Virus record (IMG/VR): IMGVR_UViG_3300032318_000568
Coordinates: 1 to 59,633 of that record
Strand: one strand, 5' to 3'
From: a virus
Taxonomy: Duplodnaviria > Caudoviricetes
Length of the DNA: 59,633 nucleotides
In this document: piece after piece, positions 29,073 through 39,944 of the stretch
Position numbering within the stretch: position 1 is the stretch's first letter
Layout: the number at the start of each line of letters is the position of its first letter
Notes under the pieces: model-generated
Databases searched by the model: none
What the model was told of the DNA's origin: nothing
Seen by the model: only the letters and a program-made list of their open reading frames with translations
Position numbers and translations under genes: made by a program

Positions 29073-29798
29073 ATGAAACTTCGTATTGAAAAATCAGTTA
29101 CCATTATTACACCAACTATTGGTTCTGAAAAACTAATGGATGCTGTAAGTAGTGTAGAAAATCAAACCTATTCAAACATAAAACATCTTATTGTTGTTGA
29201 TGGTCCGCAATATGAAGGTAGAACTAGCGAAGTAACATCTAATAGCAAAAGACAGATTATAGTAACACCAGAAAATACTGGTGCGAATGGCTTCTATGGG
29301 CATCGCATCTATGCCGCATATCCACACCTAATCAATTCCGATTATATCTTCTTTCTTGATGAAGATAACTGGTATGCACCAAATCATATTGAAACACTTG
29401 TTGAGACACTAGAGCAAGGTAATAATTTTGCCTATTCTCTCCGTAAAATCTATACACCTCAAAAACAATTCTTGTGTTATGACAATTGTGAAAGTCTTGG
29501 TAAATGGCCTATCTATTTCACACACAATGATCCTCAGTATCTAATCGATACATCATCGTTTGCCTTCAGAACAGATTTCTTGGTTCAGACATCACATCTC
29601 TGGCATTCTGGTTGGGGCGGTGACCGTCGTTACTTCTATTCTGTTAAAGATAATGCGAAGTATGATACAAACGGTAAGCATACACTTTGCTATCGATTAG
29701 AAGGCAACAACAACTCGGTAACAGAAGAATTTTTCATACAAGGCAATGAACTGCAAAAGAAACATTACAACAACCAATTTCCATGGATTAAACAATGA
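29073..29798 (+). CDS. GT2-family glycosyltransferase
   Basis: VTIITPT, VENQTY, IVVDG, FFLDEDNW. Confidence 0.85.
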   Translation: MKLRIEKSVTIITPTIGSEKLMDAVSSVENQTYSNIKHLIVVDGPQYEGRTSEVTSNSKRQIIVTPENTGANGFYGHRIYAAYPHLINSDYIFFLDEDNWYAPNHIETLVETLEQGNNFAYSLRKIYTPQKQFLCYDNCESLGKWPIYFTHNDPQYLIDTSSFAFRTDFLVQTSHLWHSGWGGDRRYFYSVKDNAKYDTNGKHTLCYRLEGNNNSVTEEFFIQGNELQKKHYNNQFPWIKQ

Positions 29799-30547
29799 GT
29801 GAAGTAGACTTAACAAAAATTGCATATCTTATCAGAGATGTTCCAGAATATAAATCACTAAAAGATAGTGAAGGTATCAGATTCATTGGTGCATGTCTCC
29901 AAAATCTCAAAGAAACAAACTCTCAAAACTTTCAGGACGTATGGGCTTTATTTGAAAGCGGTTATCGTGTTGGCGGATACTTTGTTGAGTTCGGTGCAAC
30001 AAACGGTAAAGATGGAAGCAATACACTTCTACTAGAAAAGAATTATGGTTGGACAGGTATTCTATCAGAACCTAATCCTGCATGTCATGGAGATTTAGAA
30101 AAGAATAGACCCAATACTATCATATCAAAAAAGTGTGTCTTTGATAAGAGCGGTGATTATATCGGCTTTATTATTGCAGAAGAAGCTGACCTTTCAACAA
30201 TCAGCGGTTTCGGTAACGATGATGAACATGCTGAAAAGAGAAAGAATGGAAAAGAAATCTTTGTTGAAACAACAACTCTCTTTGATTTGCTAAAGGATTA
30301 TCAGTCACCATTCTTCGTTGATTATCTTTCCATCGATACAGAAGGAAGTGAATATGATATTCTGAAAACTTTCTTTGATGTTAAGGATAATCCATACGAA
30401 ATCTATAACATCACTGTAGAACATAACTACAATACAGAATATCGTCAGAAACTATATGACTTGTTAACTCGAAACGGATATCACAGAAAGTTTACCGAGT
30501 TCTCAAGATGGGATGATTTTTATACAAAGGCAAAACCAAATGACTGA
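29795..30547 (+). CDS. FkbM-family methyltransferase
   Basis: SQNFQD, FVEFGATNG, SNTLLLE, DYLSIDTEGSE, ITVEHN. Confidence 0.88.
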   Translation: MSEVDLTKIAYLIRDVPEYKSLKDSEGIRFIGACLQNLKETNSQNFQDVWALFESGYRVGGYFVEFGATNGKDGSNTLLLEKNYGWTGILSEPNPACHGDLEKNRPNTIISKKCVFDKSGDYIGFIIAEEADLSTISGFGNDDEHAEKRKNGKEIFVETTTLFDLLKDYQSPFFVDYLSIDTEGSEYDILKTFFDVKDNPYEIYNITVEHNYNTEYRQKLYDLLTRNGYHRKFTEFSRWDDFYTKAKPND

Positions 30548-31451
30548 TTTGATTATTGGTGCAGTAACGAAATACTCATATGATAAGATTGAACCATGGG
30601 TCAACTCAATTGAGAAGTCTGGCTTTACAGGCAAGAAGGCTTTAATCGTATATGATATGGAAGCTGATGTAGCCAAGAAGCTAATTGATAAAGACTTCAC
30701 ACTATTTGGATTCAACAAAGATTCGGAAGGCAACTTCTCATACAAAACAGACTTTAGTATCATGGTTGAAAGATTCATTCATGCATGGTATTTCATATCA
30801 AAAATCGAAGATAAGATTGATAATGTTATTTGGACAGATGTGAGAGATGTTGTCTTTCAGACCAATCCTAGTGAGTGGTTAAAGAGAAACATGTATACCG
30901 TAAAACATAAGATTGTCGTCGGTTCAGAGAACTTTAAATACAAAGACGAACCTTGGGGCAAAAACAATCTTATGTTGAGTTTTGGTCCAATGTTGTATGA
31001 GACAATCAAAGAGAATGCTATCAACTGTGCTGGTGTTATTGCAGGTGAGAAACAAGCAGTCATTGATTTGTTTCTAAACATCTTTATGTTGTGTAGAGGT
31101 TCTTCACCAGAGATTCCAGGTGGCGGTGGTCCAGACCAGGCTGCGTTGAACATTTTGCTTTCGCTTGAACCATATAAGAGCATAACAAAGTTCTGCACAA
31201 CCGATGAAAGTTGGGTAGTTCATGCTGGTACAACTATGCCAGCAATTCTTTGTGGTAAAGGTGCTATCGGTGAAGAGTACATGCGTAATCCATCATCACT
31301 AAATAGCTTTGAAAAGAATATGATTGGTAATGACCCTGTGCTTAATGGCGATGTTGTCGTAAATGGTTTCGGCGAACCATATGCAATACTTCATCAATAC
31401 GATAGAGTCAATCAATGGGCATCAATAATCGACAAGAAACATAGAGGGTGA
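30540..31451 (+). CDS. Putative GT-A fold glycosyltransferase
   Basis: TDVRDVVFQTNP, NCAGVIAG, DQAALN, LHQYDR. Confidence 0.65.
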   Translation: MTDLIIGAVTKYSYDKIEPWVNSIEKSGFTGKKALIVYDMEADVAKKLIDKDFTLFGFNKDSEGNFSYKTDFSIMVERFIHAWYFISKIEDKIDNVIWTDVRDVVFQTNPSEWLKRNMYTVKHKIVVGSENFKYKDEPWGKNNLMLSFGPMLYETIKENAINCAGVIAGEKQAVIDLFLNIFMLCRGSSPEIPGGGGPDQAALNILLSLEPYKSITKFCTTDESWVVHAGTTMPAILCGKGAIGEEYMRNPSSLNSFEKNMIGNDPVLNGDVVVNGFGEPYAILHQYDRVNQWASIIDKKHRG

Positions 31452-31452
31452 T

Positions 31453-32052
31453 ATGGCAATCATTTATAATGACGAAGATTTTATGACAGTTAAACAGGTC
31501 GCTCAAGAAGTTGGATGGCCACTTGAATACACAACAACGAAAGGTTTAGTGCCTTACATCAATCGAATCAGAAGTGAAGATTTGAAAGGCATTGAAATTG
31601 GAACTGGTCGTGGCGAAGGTTCTTATCTTCTTCTTGAGAAATGTTCGAAGTTAAACAAACTATACACAATCGATCCGTTCAAAGAATATATGGACTGGGT
31701 TGGTGTCATCGAACAGAAGTATCAAGAAAAATTTGAAGAGATTGCTAAAACAAATCTTTCTGAGTTTGGTAGTAGAGCAGAACTTGTAAAAAAATCATCT
31801 GATGATGCAGTCTCAATGTTTGAAGATAACAGCATGGACTTCATCTTTATTGATGGTAACCATAGTGCAGAACAAGTTAAAAAAGATTGTGACAACTATT
31901 ATCCTAAACTAAAAGTTGGTGGAATCTTTGCGGTTCATGATACTAATCTCAATATGGTCAGAGAAGGGCTTAAGAGATTCAGAGATGAAAAGAAAGTTCG
32001 TATTCCTATTCAGTTGATTGGTCCTAGCATTTCGTTCTGGTATAAAGTATGA
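31453..32052 (+). CDS. Class I SAM methyltransferase (Methyltransf_24-like)
   Basis: GIEIG..GEG, DFIFIDGNHS, LKVGGIFAVHD. Confidence 0.85.
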   Translation: MAIIYNDEDFMTVKQVAQEVGWPLEYTTTKGLVPYINRIRSEDLKGIEIGTGRGEGSYLLLEKCSKLNKLYTIDPFKEYMDWVGVIEQKYQEKFEEIAKTNLSEFGSRAELVKKSSDDAVSMFEDNSMDFIFIDGNHSAEQVKKDCDNYYPKLKVGGIFAVHDTNLNMVREGLKRFRDEKKVRIPIQLIGPSISFWYKV

Positions 32053-32924
32053 AGAAGTTAAAACTTGGCTTTGCTGATACATATGATAATGCGAAGAAGT
32101 TTTTCACTGACGTTCTGAGTAGAAAATATGATGTGGTCAGAGATGATGAGAATCCTGACTATCTCATATTTGGAGATTCAAACTTTGGCGAAACACATTA
32201 TCGCTACAAGAAAGCAAAGAAGATTTTCTTTACTGGTGAGAATGTTCGACCAATATATCACACATATGACCATGCAATAACGTTTGACCATGAAAACAGT
32301 TCAAAACATTATCGTTTACCTCTCTATGTTCTTGAGATGTGGGCAATAACACAAGATACACCAGAATTGACAAAAGACTTTCATTATCTTGCGAATAAAA
32401 GAATCGATGCTGAAAGAGAATGGGATTCTAAAAATAGATTCTGTTCATATGTTCAGAGTAATCCAAATTGTGCGCCGAGAACAAAGTTTGTAGAATTTTT
32501 AATACAAGAAAATTCTGTTGATAGTGGCGGACCACATTTAAACACTATGGGTCGAGTCATACCTCGTGACAGAAAATTGAAGATAGATTTCTTCAACGGA
32601 AGTAAGTTTGGTATTGCATTTGAAAATGGTTCATATCCCGGCTATGTAACTGAGAAGTTGCTTGACAGTTATTATGCAAATACGATTCCTGTTTATTGGG
32701 GTTCTTCTACAGTAGCAAGAGATTTTAATCCTGAATCGTTCATTGATGCGTCACAATTTAGAAACTTCTCTGAGTTGTTAACATACATGAGAGAGCTTGC
32801 TAAAAACAAGAATGCTTATCTTGACATGCTGACACGACCTGCATTCAATAATAACATACCCAATGAATGGACCAATCTCAATTCATTTCTTAATTGGTTC
32901 GACACTTTCGTTTATGAGGGCTAA
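32049..32924 (+). CDS. GT10 alpha-1,3/4-fucosyltransferase-like
   Basis: KIFFTGENVRP, FCSYVQSN, KFGIAFENGSYPGYVTEKL, IPVYWG. Confidence 0.88.
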   Translation: MKKLKLGFADTYDNAKKFFTDVLSRKYDVVRDDENPDYLIFGDSNFGETHYRYKKAKKIFFTGENVRPIYHTYDHAITFDHENSSKHYRLPLYVLEMWAITQDTPELTKDFHYLANKRIDAEREWDSKNRFCSYVQSNPNCAPRTKFVEFLIQENSVDSGGPHLNTMGRVIPRDRKLKIDFFNGSKFGIAFENGSYPGYVTEKLLDSYYANTIPVYWGSSTVARDFNPESFIDASQFRNFSELLTYMRELAKNKNAYLDMLTRPAFNNNIPNEWTNLNSFLNWFDTFVYEG

Positions 32925-33860
32925 ATGTCTAAACTTCTTTATGTGGTACATCGCTACGTGCCGTTTCCTGGCGGCTCTGAATACTACGTTCGTGATATGG
33001 CAGAGGAAAGTCTTGCTCGCGGGCATGATGTAACAGTTCTTGCACATGAACATAAGGGTGACCAGAACGGCGTAAAAGTCACTAATGATTATAACATACT
33101 CGCACAAAATTGGGATTTGATTATCGTTCATGGTGGTGATGTTATTTCACAGAATATCGTTCACTACAATGCGTTTAATTTAAAGTCTCCTGTCGTCTAT
33201 ATGCTCATCAAACCTAGTGAGTCTGATATTTGTTTGAATGGAATGAAGCATCATCGTTTCATTGCATATTCGACTTCTATGGACATTGAACATATCAAGA
33301 AGCATGGTTATCTTTCTAAGGCTCGTCGTGTTCGTCATGGTATTGTTCCCGATAGCACAATTGTTCCTGCATTACCATATGATAAAACATTTTATGTTTC
33401 TGCGGGCGGTTTCTATTCACACAAAGCTATGATTCCTTTAGCAGAAGCATGGGAACGTTCAAACATAAAGAATGAACTTCATCTCTATGGATACGGTGAA
33501 GGTCCTATGCCAAAAGAAACAGACCGTGTTAAAGTCTTTTTTGGTAAATCAAAACCAGATGTGATGATTGCTATTAACAATGCAAAAGCATACATCATGA
33601 ACTCATATGAAGAGGGTTTCGGTCTTGTTTTGCTTGAAGCCATGATGAATCATACACCATGGTTTGCTCGAAACATTGCTGGTGCAAAAGATATGGCTGA
33701 ATATGGATATACATATGAGACAGAAGAACAATTGATGTATTACCTAGAAACAATGGATACATTAGACGCAAAAGTTCAAAGTGCGTATAACTATACCATG
33801 ACTAATCATACAATCAAACAAACCGTAAATGATATTGAAGATATATTGAGAGAAGTCTAA
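32925..33860 (+). CDS. GT4-family glycosyltransferase
   Basis: PGGSEYY, RGHDVTV, SYEEGFGLVLLEAM. Confidence 0.88.
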   Translation: MSKLLYVVHRYVPFPGGSEYYVRDMAEESLARGHDVTVLAHEHKGDQNGVKVTNDYNILAQNWDLIIVHGGDVISQNIVHYNAFNLKSPVVYMLIKPSESDICLNGMKHHRFIAYSTSMDIEHIKKHGYLSKARRVRHGIVPDSTIVPALPYDKTFYVSAGGFYSHKAMIPLAEAWERSNIKNELHLYGYGEGPMPKETDRVKVFFGKSKPDVMIAINNAKAYIMNSYEEGFGLVLLEAMMNHTPWFARNIAGAKDMAEYGYTYETEEQLMYYLETMDTLDAKVQSAYNYTMTNHTIKQTVNDIEDILREV

Positions 33861-34654
33861 TGAATGTTTCTTTTGGCATTTGTTTATCAAGTGATTATAA
33901 CGTCAACTGGGTTCAGAGCTTAGTCAACAGCATCAAGAGTCAAGAGTTCGGTGATGCGGAATATGAAATTATTTTTATAGGTCAGAACAAAGGTGATATC
34001 GATGTTACTGGCGTTATGAATGTCATGTTCGTCGATTTTGATGAAAGCGTGAAGAGAGCGTGGATTACTCGCAAAAAGAATTTGCTTGCAAAATACTCCA
34101 GATATGATATAGTCTGCATACTTCATGACTATTACTTTTTAGGAAATAATTGGTATAGTGGTCTCAAATACTATAACTCTAAAACTCCTAATTGGAATGT
34201 GTTGTCTAATCGAGTTCATAGATTTGAAGGAGACAGACATGCTGATTGGGTTGTGAATCAGAAGTATATGGATCAGGTGTTACAAAAACATCCTGAACTT
34301 GGTAAAGAACTTATGGATATTGCTCCAAAAGAAAACAATGGTCCAAGATGGGTTTGTGCATTACCATACTCTGAATCAGAATTGAGTCACATACAGTATA
34401 TCAGCGGTGGCTATATACTAACAAGAAAGAAAATTATTGAAGAAATTCCTTTCGATGAAAAGTATGGTTGGGGTGAAGCAGCCGAAGATATTATTTGGAG
34501 TGAAGAAGTTATTGATAATGGTTATAGATTCAATTTCAATCCATTCTCAGATGTTTTCCTTCAGAAGCCAGCCAAATGGCTTGTATATCAGATGAATGAT
34601 AAATGTGTGAACTATTTGAAGGAGATGTTTCCTGATGACGACAGAATACAATAA
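33860..34654 (+). CDS. Putative GT-A fold glycosyltransferase
   Basis: WITRKKN, ILHDY, PFDEKYGWGEAAEDIIWS. Confidence 0.65.
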   Translation: MNVSFGICLSSDYNVNWVQSLVNSIKSQEFGDAEYEIIFIGQNKGDIDVTGVMNVMFVDFDESVKRAWITRKKNLLAKYSRYDIVCILHDYYFLGNNWYSGLKYYNSKTPNWNVLSNRVHRFEGDRHADWVVNQKYMDQVLQKHPELGKELMDIAPKENNGPRWVCALPYSESELSHIQYISGGYILTRKKIIEEIPFDEKYGWGEAAEDIIWSEEVIDNGYRFNFNPFSDVFLQKPAKWLVYQMNDKCVNYLKEMFPDDDRIQ

Positions 34655-36023
34655 GCTGGTCATATTTGACCTTGATGGTGTTTTGATTGATAGTAGAGAA
34701 CTACACTATCAAGCATTGAATGATGCTTTACATGATATTGGTGAACAGTATGTCATCTCTCGTGAAGAGCATCTCAGCACTTATGATGGACTACCAACAA
34801 AGTCAAAGATGAAGTTGCTTTCAGAGCAGAAAAATCTTCCTGCATCTTTTCACGATAAAGTTTGGAAAGCAAAACAGAGTGCAACCATCATTCGCATCAA
34901 TCAATTAAAGAAAGATGTAAAGTTAGTTGAAATCTGTATCAGTCTGAGAATGTCTGGTTATAAGATTGCCGTTGCATCTAACAGTATTCGTGAAACTGTT
35001 AAAGTCACACTACTTCGTCTTGGTATTATGGACTATGTTGATTACTATCAAACGAATGAAGATGTGAAGCGTTCTAAGCCATATCCAGAAATGTATTGGA
35101 ATTGCATGAATGCTGTTAACGCTATTCCATCAACAACAATCATTGTAGAAGATAGTCACATCGGTCGTCAGGGTGCAATCGATAGTGGTGCAAAATTATT
35201 TCCTGTAGAAAACACACATGAAGTAACATGGGAAAGAATAAAGATGGCTATGGATGAAATTGAAGGTAAATCTAAAAAGAAGATTCCGTGGAGAGACAAG
35301 AAACTGAATGTCTTGATTCCTATGGCAGGTGCAGGTTCTCGCTTCTCTCAAGCAGGTTATACTTTTCCAAAACCATTGATTGAAGTTCGTGGTAAACCAA
35401 TGATTCAGACTGTTGTAGACAATCTGAATATGGAAGCAAACTATATATTCATAGTGCAGAAAGAACACTATGAGAAATACAATCTTAAGTATCTTCTCAA
35501 TCTGATTGCGCCAAATTGTAAAATAGTTCAGGTTGATGGCTTGACAGAAGGTGCAGCCTGCACTACACTTCTTGCTAAAGAGTTTATTAATAATGAGGAA
35601 CCTCTCGTTATGGCAAACTCTGACCAATTCGTAGAATGGAACTCTAATGAAGTCATGTATGCTTTCAACGCTGACTCTATTGACGGCGGCATTTTGACAT
35701 TCAAAGCTACACATCCTAAGTGGTCATATGCAAAACTAGATGCTAATGGTTTTGTATCCGAAGTTGCAGAAAAGAAAGTTATTTCCGATAATGCAACAGT
35801 TGGTGTGTATTTCTGGAAACATGGTTCAGATTATGTTAAGTATGCTGAACAGATGATTGCAAAGAACATTCGTGTTAATAACGAGTTCTATGTTTGCCCA
35901 GTTTTCAATGAAGCTATTGCAGACGGTAAAAAAATTCGTGTGAAAGAAATCTCAAAGATGTGGGGTATCGGCACACCAGAAGATTTAAATTATTTCTTAG
36001 ATAACTATAAGGGTGAAGTATGA
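34635..36023 (+). CDS. HAD phosphatase fused to sugar nucleotidyltransferase
   Basis: FDLDGVL, KP.PEMY, VEDS; then IPMAGAGSRF..GY..PKPLI, GAACT, NSDQ, GTPEDL. Confidence 0.9.
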   Translation: MTTEYNKLVIFDLDGVLIDSRELHYQALNDALHDIGEQYVISREEHLSTYDGLPTKSKMKLLSEQKNLPASFHDKVWKAKQSATIIRINQLKKDVKLVEICISLRMSGYKIAVASNSIRETVKVTLLRLGIMDYVDYYQTNEDVKRSKPYPEMYWNCMNAVNAIPSTTIIVEDSHIGRQGAIDSGAKLFPVENTHEVTWERIKMAMDEIEGKSKKKIPWRDKKLNVLIPMAGAGSRFSQAGYTFPKPLIEVRGKPMIQTVVDNLNMEANYIFIVQKEHYEKYNLKYLLNLIAPNCKIVQVDGLTEGAACTTLLAKEFINNEEPLVMANSDQFVEWNSNEVMYAFNADSIDGGILTFKATHPKWSYAKLDANGFVSEVAEKKVISDNATVGVYFWKHGSDYVKYAEQMIAKNIRVNNEFYVCPVFNEAIADGKKIRVKEISKMWGIGTPEDLNYFLDNYKGEV

Positions 36024-36838
36024 AAAACTTTAAAGATAATATGAAAGTAGTTGATGGTTATGCATATCATCTCTACACAAAGAATGACTATACTGACCAG
36101 ATGATTGCTTATGCACAAATGGCTAAGCGTTTTATGAACAAGCCAATGCGTTCGCCTCTTGATATCGTAGGCAACTATGAATGGCATGAAGAGTTTCCAT
36201 ACGAAGAAGGTTTGTTCTTTGACAACGATGGTAAACCACTTGTAGATTTTAGCGAAGCTGTTGTTGCAGATTTCGGATGTGGTCCAGGTCGTATGGTCAA
36301 TCGTGCAAGAAAGCTATTCAAGCAGACTGATGGTATCGATATCTCAGAATATGCAATTGAGTATGCAAGACAGACATATGATGGATCGACATTCTATGTT
36401 TCATCTGGTATCGATGTTGGTGGCGCACCAGAAAATACATATGACATTATTTACTCAACAATTGCTGTTCAACACATTCCTTGTAAAACAATTCGTGAGA
36501 ACATCTTCAAGGGCATTCATAATATCTTGAAGCCTGGCGGTCATATGTCCATTCAAGTTGCATATCATCCTACACTAACTGCTGGTGTTTGGAGCCATGA
36601 TACAGAACACGCTTCTTATGATAGTGATTTCTGGAATGCAAAAGCTACAAACGGGCATGCTGATATGGTCATCAATCAAAATGATTTACCGACATTGAAA
36701 TCAGACCTCGAAAAGATTTTCTCTGATGTTCAATTTAAGTTTATTAACGTTGACCAAAAGTATGCAAATCTTAACGGTCAGTATCACGCACCTTATTGGG
36801 CACAAGACTGGTTGTTTATTCATGCTCGCAAGAATTGA
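36020..36838 (+). CDS. Class I SAM methyltransferase
   Basis: DFGCGPGR, GIDIS, YDIIYSTIAVQHI, LKPGG. Confidence 0.88.
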   Translation: MKNFKDNMKVVDGYAYHLYTKNDYTDQMIAYAQMAKRFMNKPMRSPLDIVGNYEWHEEFPYEEGLFFDNDGKPLVDFSEAVVADFGCGPGRMVNRARKLFKQTDGIDISEYAIEYARQTYDGSTFYVSSGIDVGGAPENTYDIIYSTIAVQHIPCKTIRENIFKGIHNILKPGGHMSIQVAYHPTLTAGVWSHDTEHASYDSDFWNAKATNGHADMVINQNDLPTLKSDLEKIFSDVQFKFINVDQKYANLNGQYHAPYWAQDWLFIHARKN

Positions 36839-37427
36839 AGTAGGAACAAACACAGGTTCACATACATTAGGTTTGGATAAGGAAGATTGTTTATTATTTA
36901 CATTCGAACCTTCTCCGCCTTTGTATGCTGAATGTGTAGATAAGTTTCGTGACCATTCTAGAATTATAGTTCTTCCATTTGCTATAGATGTTCACAACGA
37001 TGTTAAAGATTTCAATGTAGCTTTGCAAGGTGATAAAGGATTTGGTTCTCTTTATGAATGGCATTCTGATTTGCAAAATACAGAAGCAGGTAAACATCCA
37101 TTATTTCAAGTACCTTTTGCATATAAACAAAGAGTGTTGACAATTCGACTAGATACTTTTATGAATAATTGGAATATCGATACTGTCGATTATCTTCATA
37201 TTGACGCACAAGGTAACGATTTCAACGTAATCAAATCTTTAGGCAATCGAATTAAAGATGTGAAAGAAGGGCAATGCGAATGCACATGGAATACTCCTTA
37301 CTATGATGGTGCAGATAACTTTCATGAAGATGTAAGAAAGTATCTAGAAGAAGTCGGCGGATTCAAAGTAGAAACTTTATATGAACATGCCGGTCAAACA
37401 GAAATCGATTTAAGATTCTATAGGTGA
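36822..37427 (+). CDS. FkbM-family methyltransferase
   Basis: IEVGTNTG, FEP, TIRLDTF, DYLHIDAQGND; start taken at MLARIEVG. Confidence 0.8.
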   Translation: MLARIEVGTNTGSHTLGLDKEDCLLFTFEPSPPLYAECVDKFRDHSRIIVLPFAIDVHNDVKDFNVALQGDKGFGSLYEWHSDLQNTEAGKHPLFQVPFAYKQRVLTIRLDTFMNNWNIDTVDYLHIDAQGNDFNVIKSLGNRIKDVKEGQCECTWNTPYYDGADNFHEDVRKYLEEVGGFKVETLYEHAGQTEIDLRFYR

Positions 37428-37430
37428 TAT

Positions 37431-38222
37431 ATGCAAGTTTGGATTTTAACATTTAATAGACCGAGCGCACTCAATCGTCTCATTCAACATTTTGGTGAAC
37501 AGGGTTATAAGTCAAACATCTTTAGTAATCATCCAGAATTACAATTGACAAAAGAAAACTATGAGAACTATGTTGATAGAGTCGTGGTAAACGCACTCAA
37601 TTCATCAGAGAGTAATAGTTGGTGCGCTCGGTCATGGAATACGATTCTTATGAAAGCATTCGATGAAGATGATGAAGCTATTCTGATTCAGGATGATACT
37701 GACATTGCACCAAACTTTGGTTCTTGGTTTGAAGAACAGAAGCAGAAGTATGACTTCATGTGGGGACCTGCTGGTGACCAATGGCACTTTATTCGTAAAG
37801 ATGTGTTGAAGAAAGTTGGCTGGTGGGATGAAAGATATATCGGTTGTTATTGTGGTGATGCTGAATATGTCAAGCGTGTCTATCATACATGGGATAAAGA
37901 CAGAATCTCTGTAGAAGATTCCCACAATTGGGGATTCAGACACAATGTATCTGGTATCAGTGAGCATATCATCACAACTTGGGATTCGAAGGTAACAGCA
38001 AATCCTGGTTATGAGAATCAACACTGGGAATTTGAACGTATCAACAAATGTAATCCGACACTCGCACATAGTCAAAAACATTTTCTTGACAAATGGGGTG
38101 TTTTGCTAGATAATAATAGTCCAGTAATCGATAGTTGGAATAGACAGTTATCGGAAATCGATTGGTATCCTTGGTTCAGCAAAAAGCACGGATTTACAGC
38201 ATATGAAGATAATCAGTCATAG
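37431..38222 (+). CDS. Putative GT2-like glycosyltransferase
   Basis: ILTFNRP, ARSWN, IQDD, KKVGWWDERY. Confidence 0.7.
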   Translation: MQVWILTFNRPSALNRLIQHFGEQGYKSNIFSNHPELQLTKENYENYVDRVVVNALNSSESNSWCARSWNTILMKAFDEDDEAILIQDDTDIAPNFGSWFEEQKQKYDFMWGPAGDQWHFIRKDVLKKVGWWDERYIGCYCGDAEYVKRVYHTWDKDRISVEDSHNWGFRHNVSGISEHIITTWDSKVTANPGYENQHWEFERINKCNPTLAHSQKHFLDKWGVLLDNNSPVIDSWNRQLSEIDWYPWFSKKHGFTAYEDNQS

Positions 38223-38709
38223 AGGTAATCTTACAGGTCCTAATCCTGAAAGAGAGAATACCGTAGAAGCAATTGAAGAAGCACTCAAGTTAGGATTTCC
38301 TGTTGAGTTTGACATTTGGTATAATGAAGGAAAGTATTGGCTTGGACATGATAAGCCTCAGTATGAAACCAATGTCGAAAAGTTCTTTGATTGGTCTGAG
38401 ATGAATGACATCTATATACACTGTAAGAACGTGTTGGCTTTACAGATGCTTATGAAAGATAGTGTGTATCATGATCCAAAAATACATTCTTTCTTTCATG
38501 ATATAGATGATTGTATTATGTTGGATAACTTTAACATTTGGGTTCATCCTAAAGCTGTTGAGAGTATAGACCAAACTGTGGCAGAAGATTGCATTGCTGT
38601 TTTGCCAAAAAGAAAAACAGTTGAAGTCAATTTCATCGACAACATTGATTTACAAAAATGGTATGGTATTTGCACAGACTATCCAGTAGATGTGAGGAAT
38701 AGTTTATGA
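38203..38709 (+). CDS. GDPD/PLC-like phosphodiesterase-fold protein
   Basis: IISHRGN, EN, VEFDIW, LGHD, IHCKN, GICTDY. Confidence 0.8.
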   Translation: MKIISHRGNLTGPNPERENTVEAIEEALKLGFPVEFDIWYNEGKYWLGHDKPQYETNVEKFFDWSEMNDIYIHCKNVLALQMLMKDSVYHDPKIHSFFHDIDDCIMLDNFNIWVHPKAVESIDQTVAEDCIAVLPKRKTVEVNFIDNIDLQKWYGICTDYPVDVRNSL

Positions 38710-39944
38710 GTTTCGTTACAGTTGTAGGAGCAGGCGGGCATGTTGGACTCCCTTTTTCTTTGGTTGTTGCTAATAGTGGTCATTTCGTTTTTGGTTTGGA
38801 TGTCAACACGCAAGTTCTAGAGCAACTTCGCAAAGGTTTTCTTCCTTATATCGAAGAACATGGGCAATCATATCTTGATAATGCTTTGAAAGACGATACG
38901 ATACAGTTCACAAATGACACGACCTGTATTTCAGAAAGTAATGTTGTAGCCATTATGATTGGTACACCAGTCGATTCTGAAAACAATCCTCGTCTAGATG
39001 ATATTCTACACTTTGTCGAATACACTCTTTGTGATGAGATGGTTAGTGGTACAACAATCATCCTTCGTAGCACTGTTGCACCAGGAACAACAGAAGTTAT
39101 CAAGAAGCTAATTGAAAAAACTCGTGACTGGAAAGAAGGTAAAGATTTTTATCTTGTCTTTGCTCCTGAACGTGTAGCACAAGGTGTTGGTATCACTGAA
39201 AGTAGTAAGTTTCCACAGTTGATTGGTGCATTCTCTGATAAGTCATATCAGATGGCTAAAGACTTTTTTGATACGTTTGTTTATGAATGCATTCAGCTTA
39301 CACCACGTGAAGCTGAAATGGCGAAGCTGATGACAAACATGTATCGCTATGTTAACTTTGCTTTGGCTAATGAGTTCTATATGATTGGCACCGATCAGGG
39401 TGTTGATGTTCATAAGATTATTCGTGCTGCCAACAAAGATTATCCTCGTTTGAATATTCCATTGCCAGGACCTAATGTTGGTGGTCCTTGTTTGTTCAAA
39501 GACGGTAAGTTCTTGTTGTCTGATGTTCCATATGCTGATTTGATTCAGACTTCGTTTCTTATCAATGAAGGTATGCCTGAATATATGTTCAAGCAAATTC
39601 TTTCTCTTAATCCAACAGTTAGCAAGATTGCAATCATGGGCGCAACATTCAAAGCTAATTGTGATGATGAGAGAAACAGTTTGAGTTTCAAGTTTGCCAA
39701 AATTTGTAAGAGACATGGTATTGAATATTCATTCTTCGATCCATACATCAAACATCCAGATAATGTGTGGCCTACAAATGATATAGATAGTTATGATGCA
39801 TATGTTATCATGACACCACACTCAGTCTTTCATAAATTCTTTGAGACATATATGAATAGAATTGAGGGTGGAACAGTTATCGCAGATGCATGGAAGTTTT
39901 TAGATAGAAGTAAAGATACAAGAAGTGGAATATATCTAGTATGA
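38706..39944 (+). CDS. UDP-glucose/GDP-mannose family nucleotide-sugar dehydrogenase
   Basis: GAGGHVGLP, RSTVAPGTT, PER, AEMAKL, GGPCL.KD, FKANCDD.RNS. Confidence 0.93.
   Translation: MSFVTVVGAGGHVGLPFSLVVANSGHFVFGLDVNTQVLEQLRKGFLPYIEEHGQSYLDNALKDDTIQFTNDTTCISESNVVAIMIGTPVDSENNPRLDDILHFVEYTLCDEMVSGTTIILRSTVAPGTTEVIKKLIEKTRDWKEGKDFYLVFAPERVAQGVGITESSKFPQLIGAFSDKSYQMAKDFFDTFVYECIQLTPREAEMAKLMTNMYRYVNFALANEFYMIGTDQGVDVHKIIRAANKDYPRLNIPLPGPNVGGPCLFKDGKFLLSDVPYADLIQTSFLINEGMPEYMFKQILSLNPTVSKIAIMGATFKANCDDERNSLSFKFAKICKRHGIEYSFFDPYIKHPDNVWPTNDIDSYDAYVIMTPHSVFHKFFETYMNRIEGGTVIADAWKFLDRSKDTRSGIYLV

Noticed and set aside
36726-36821. Extended start for the second FkbM gene
   Set aside because: Overlaps the upstream methyltransferase by over 100 nt; motifs begin at ATG 36822
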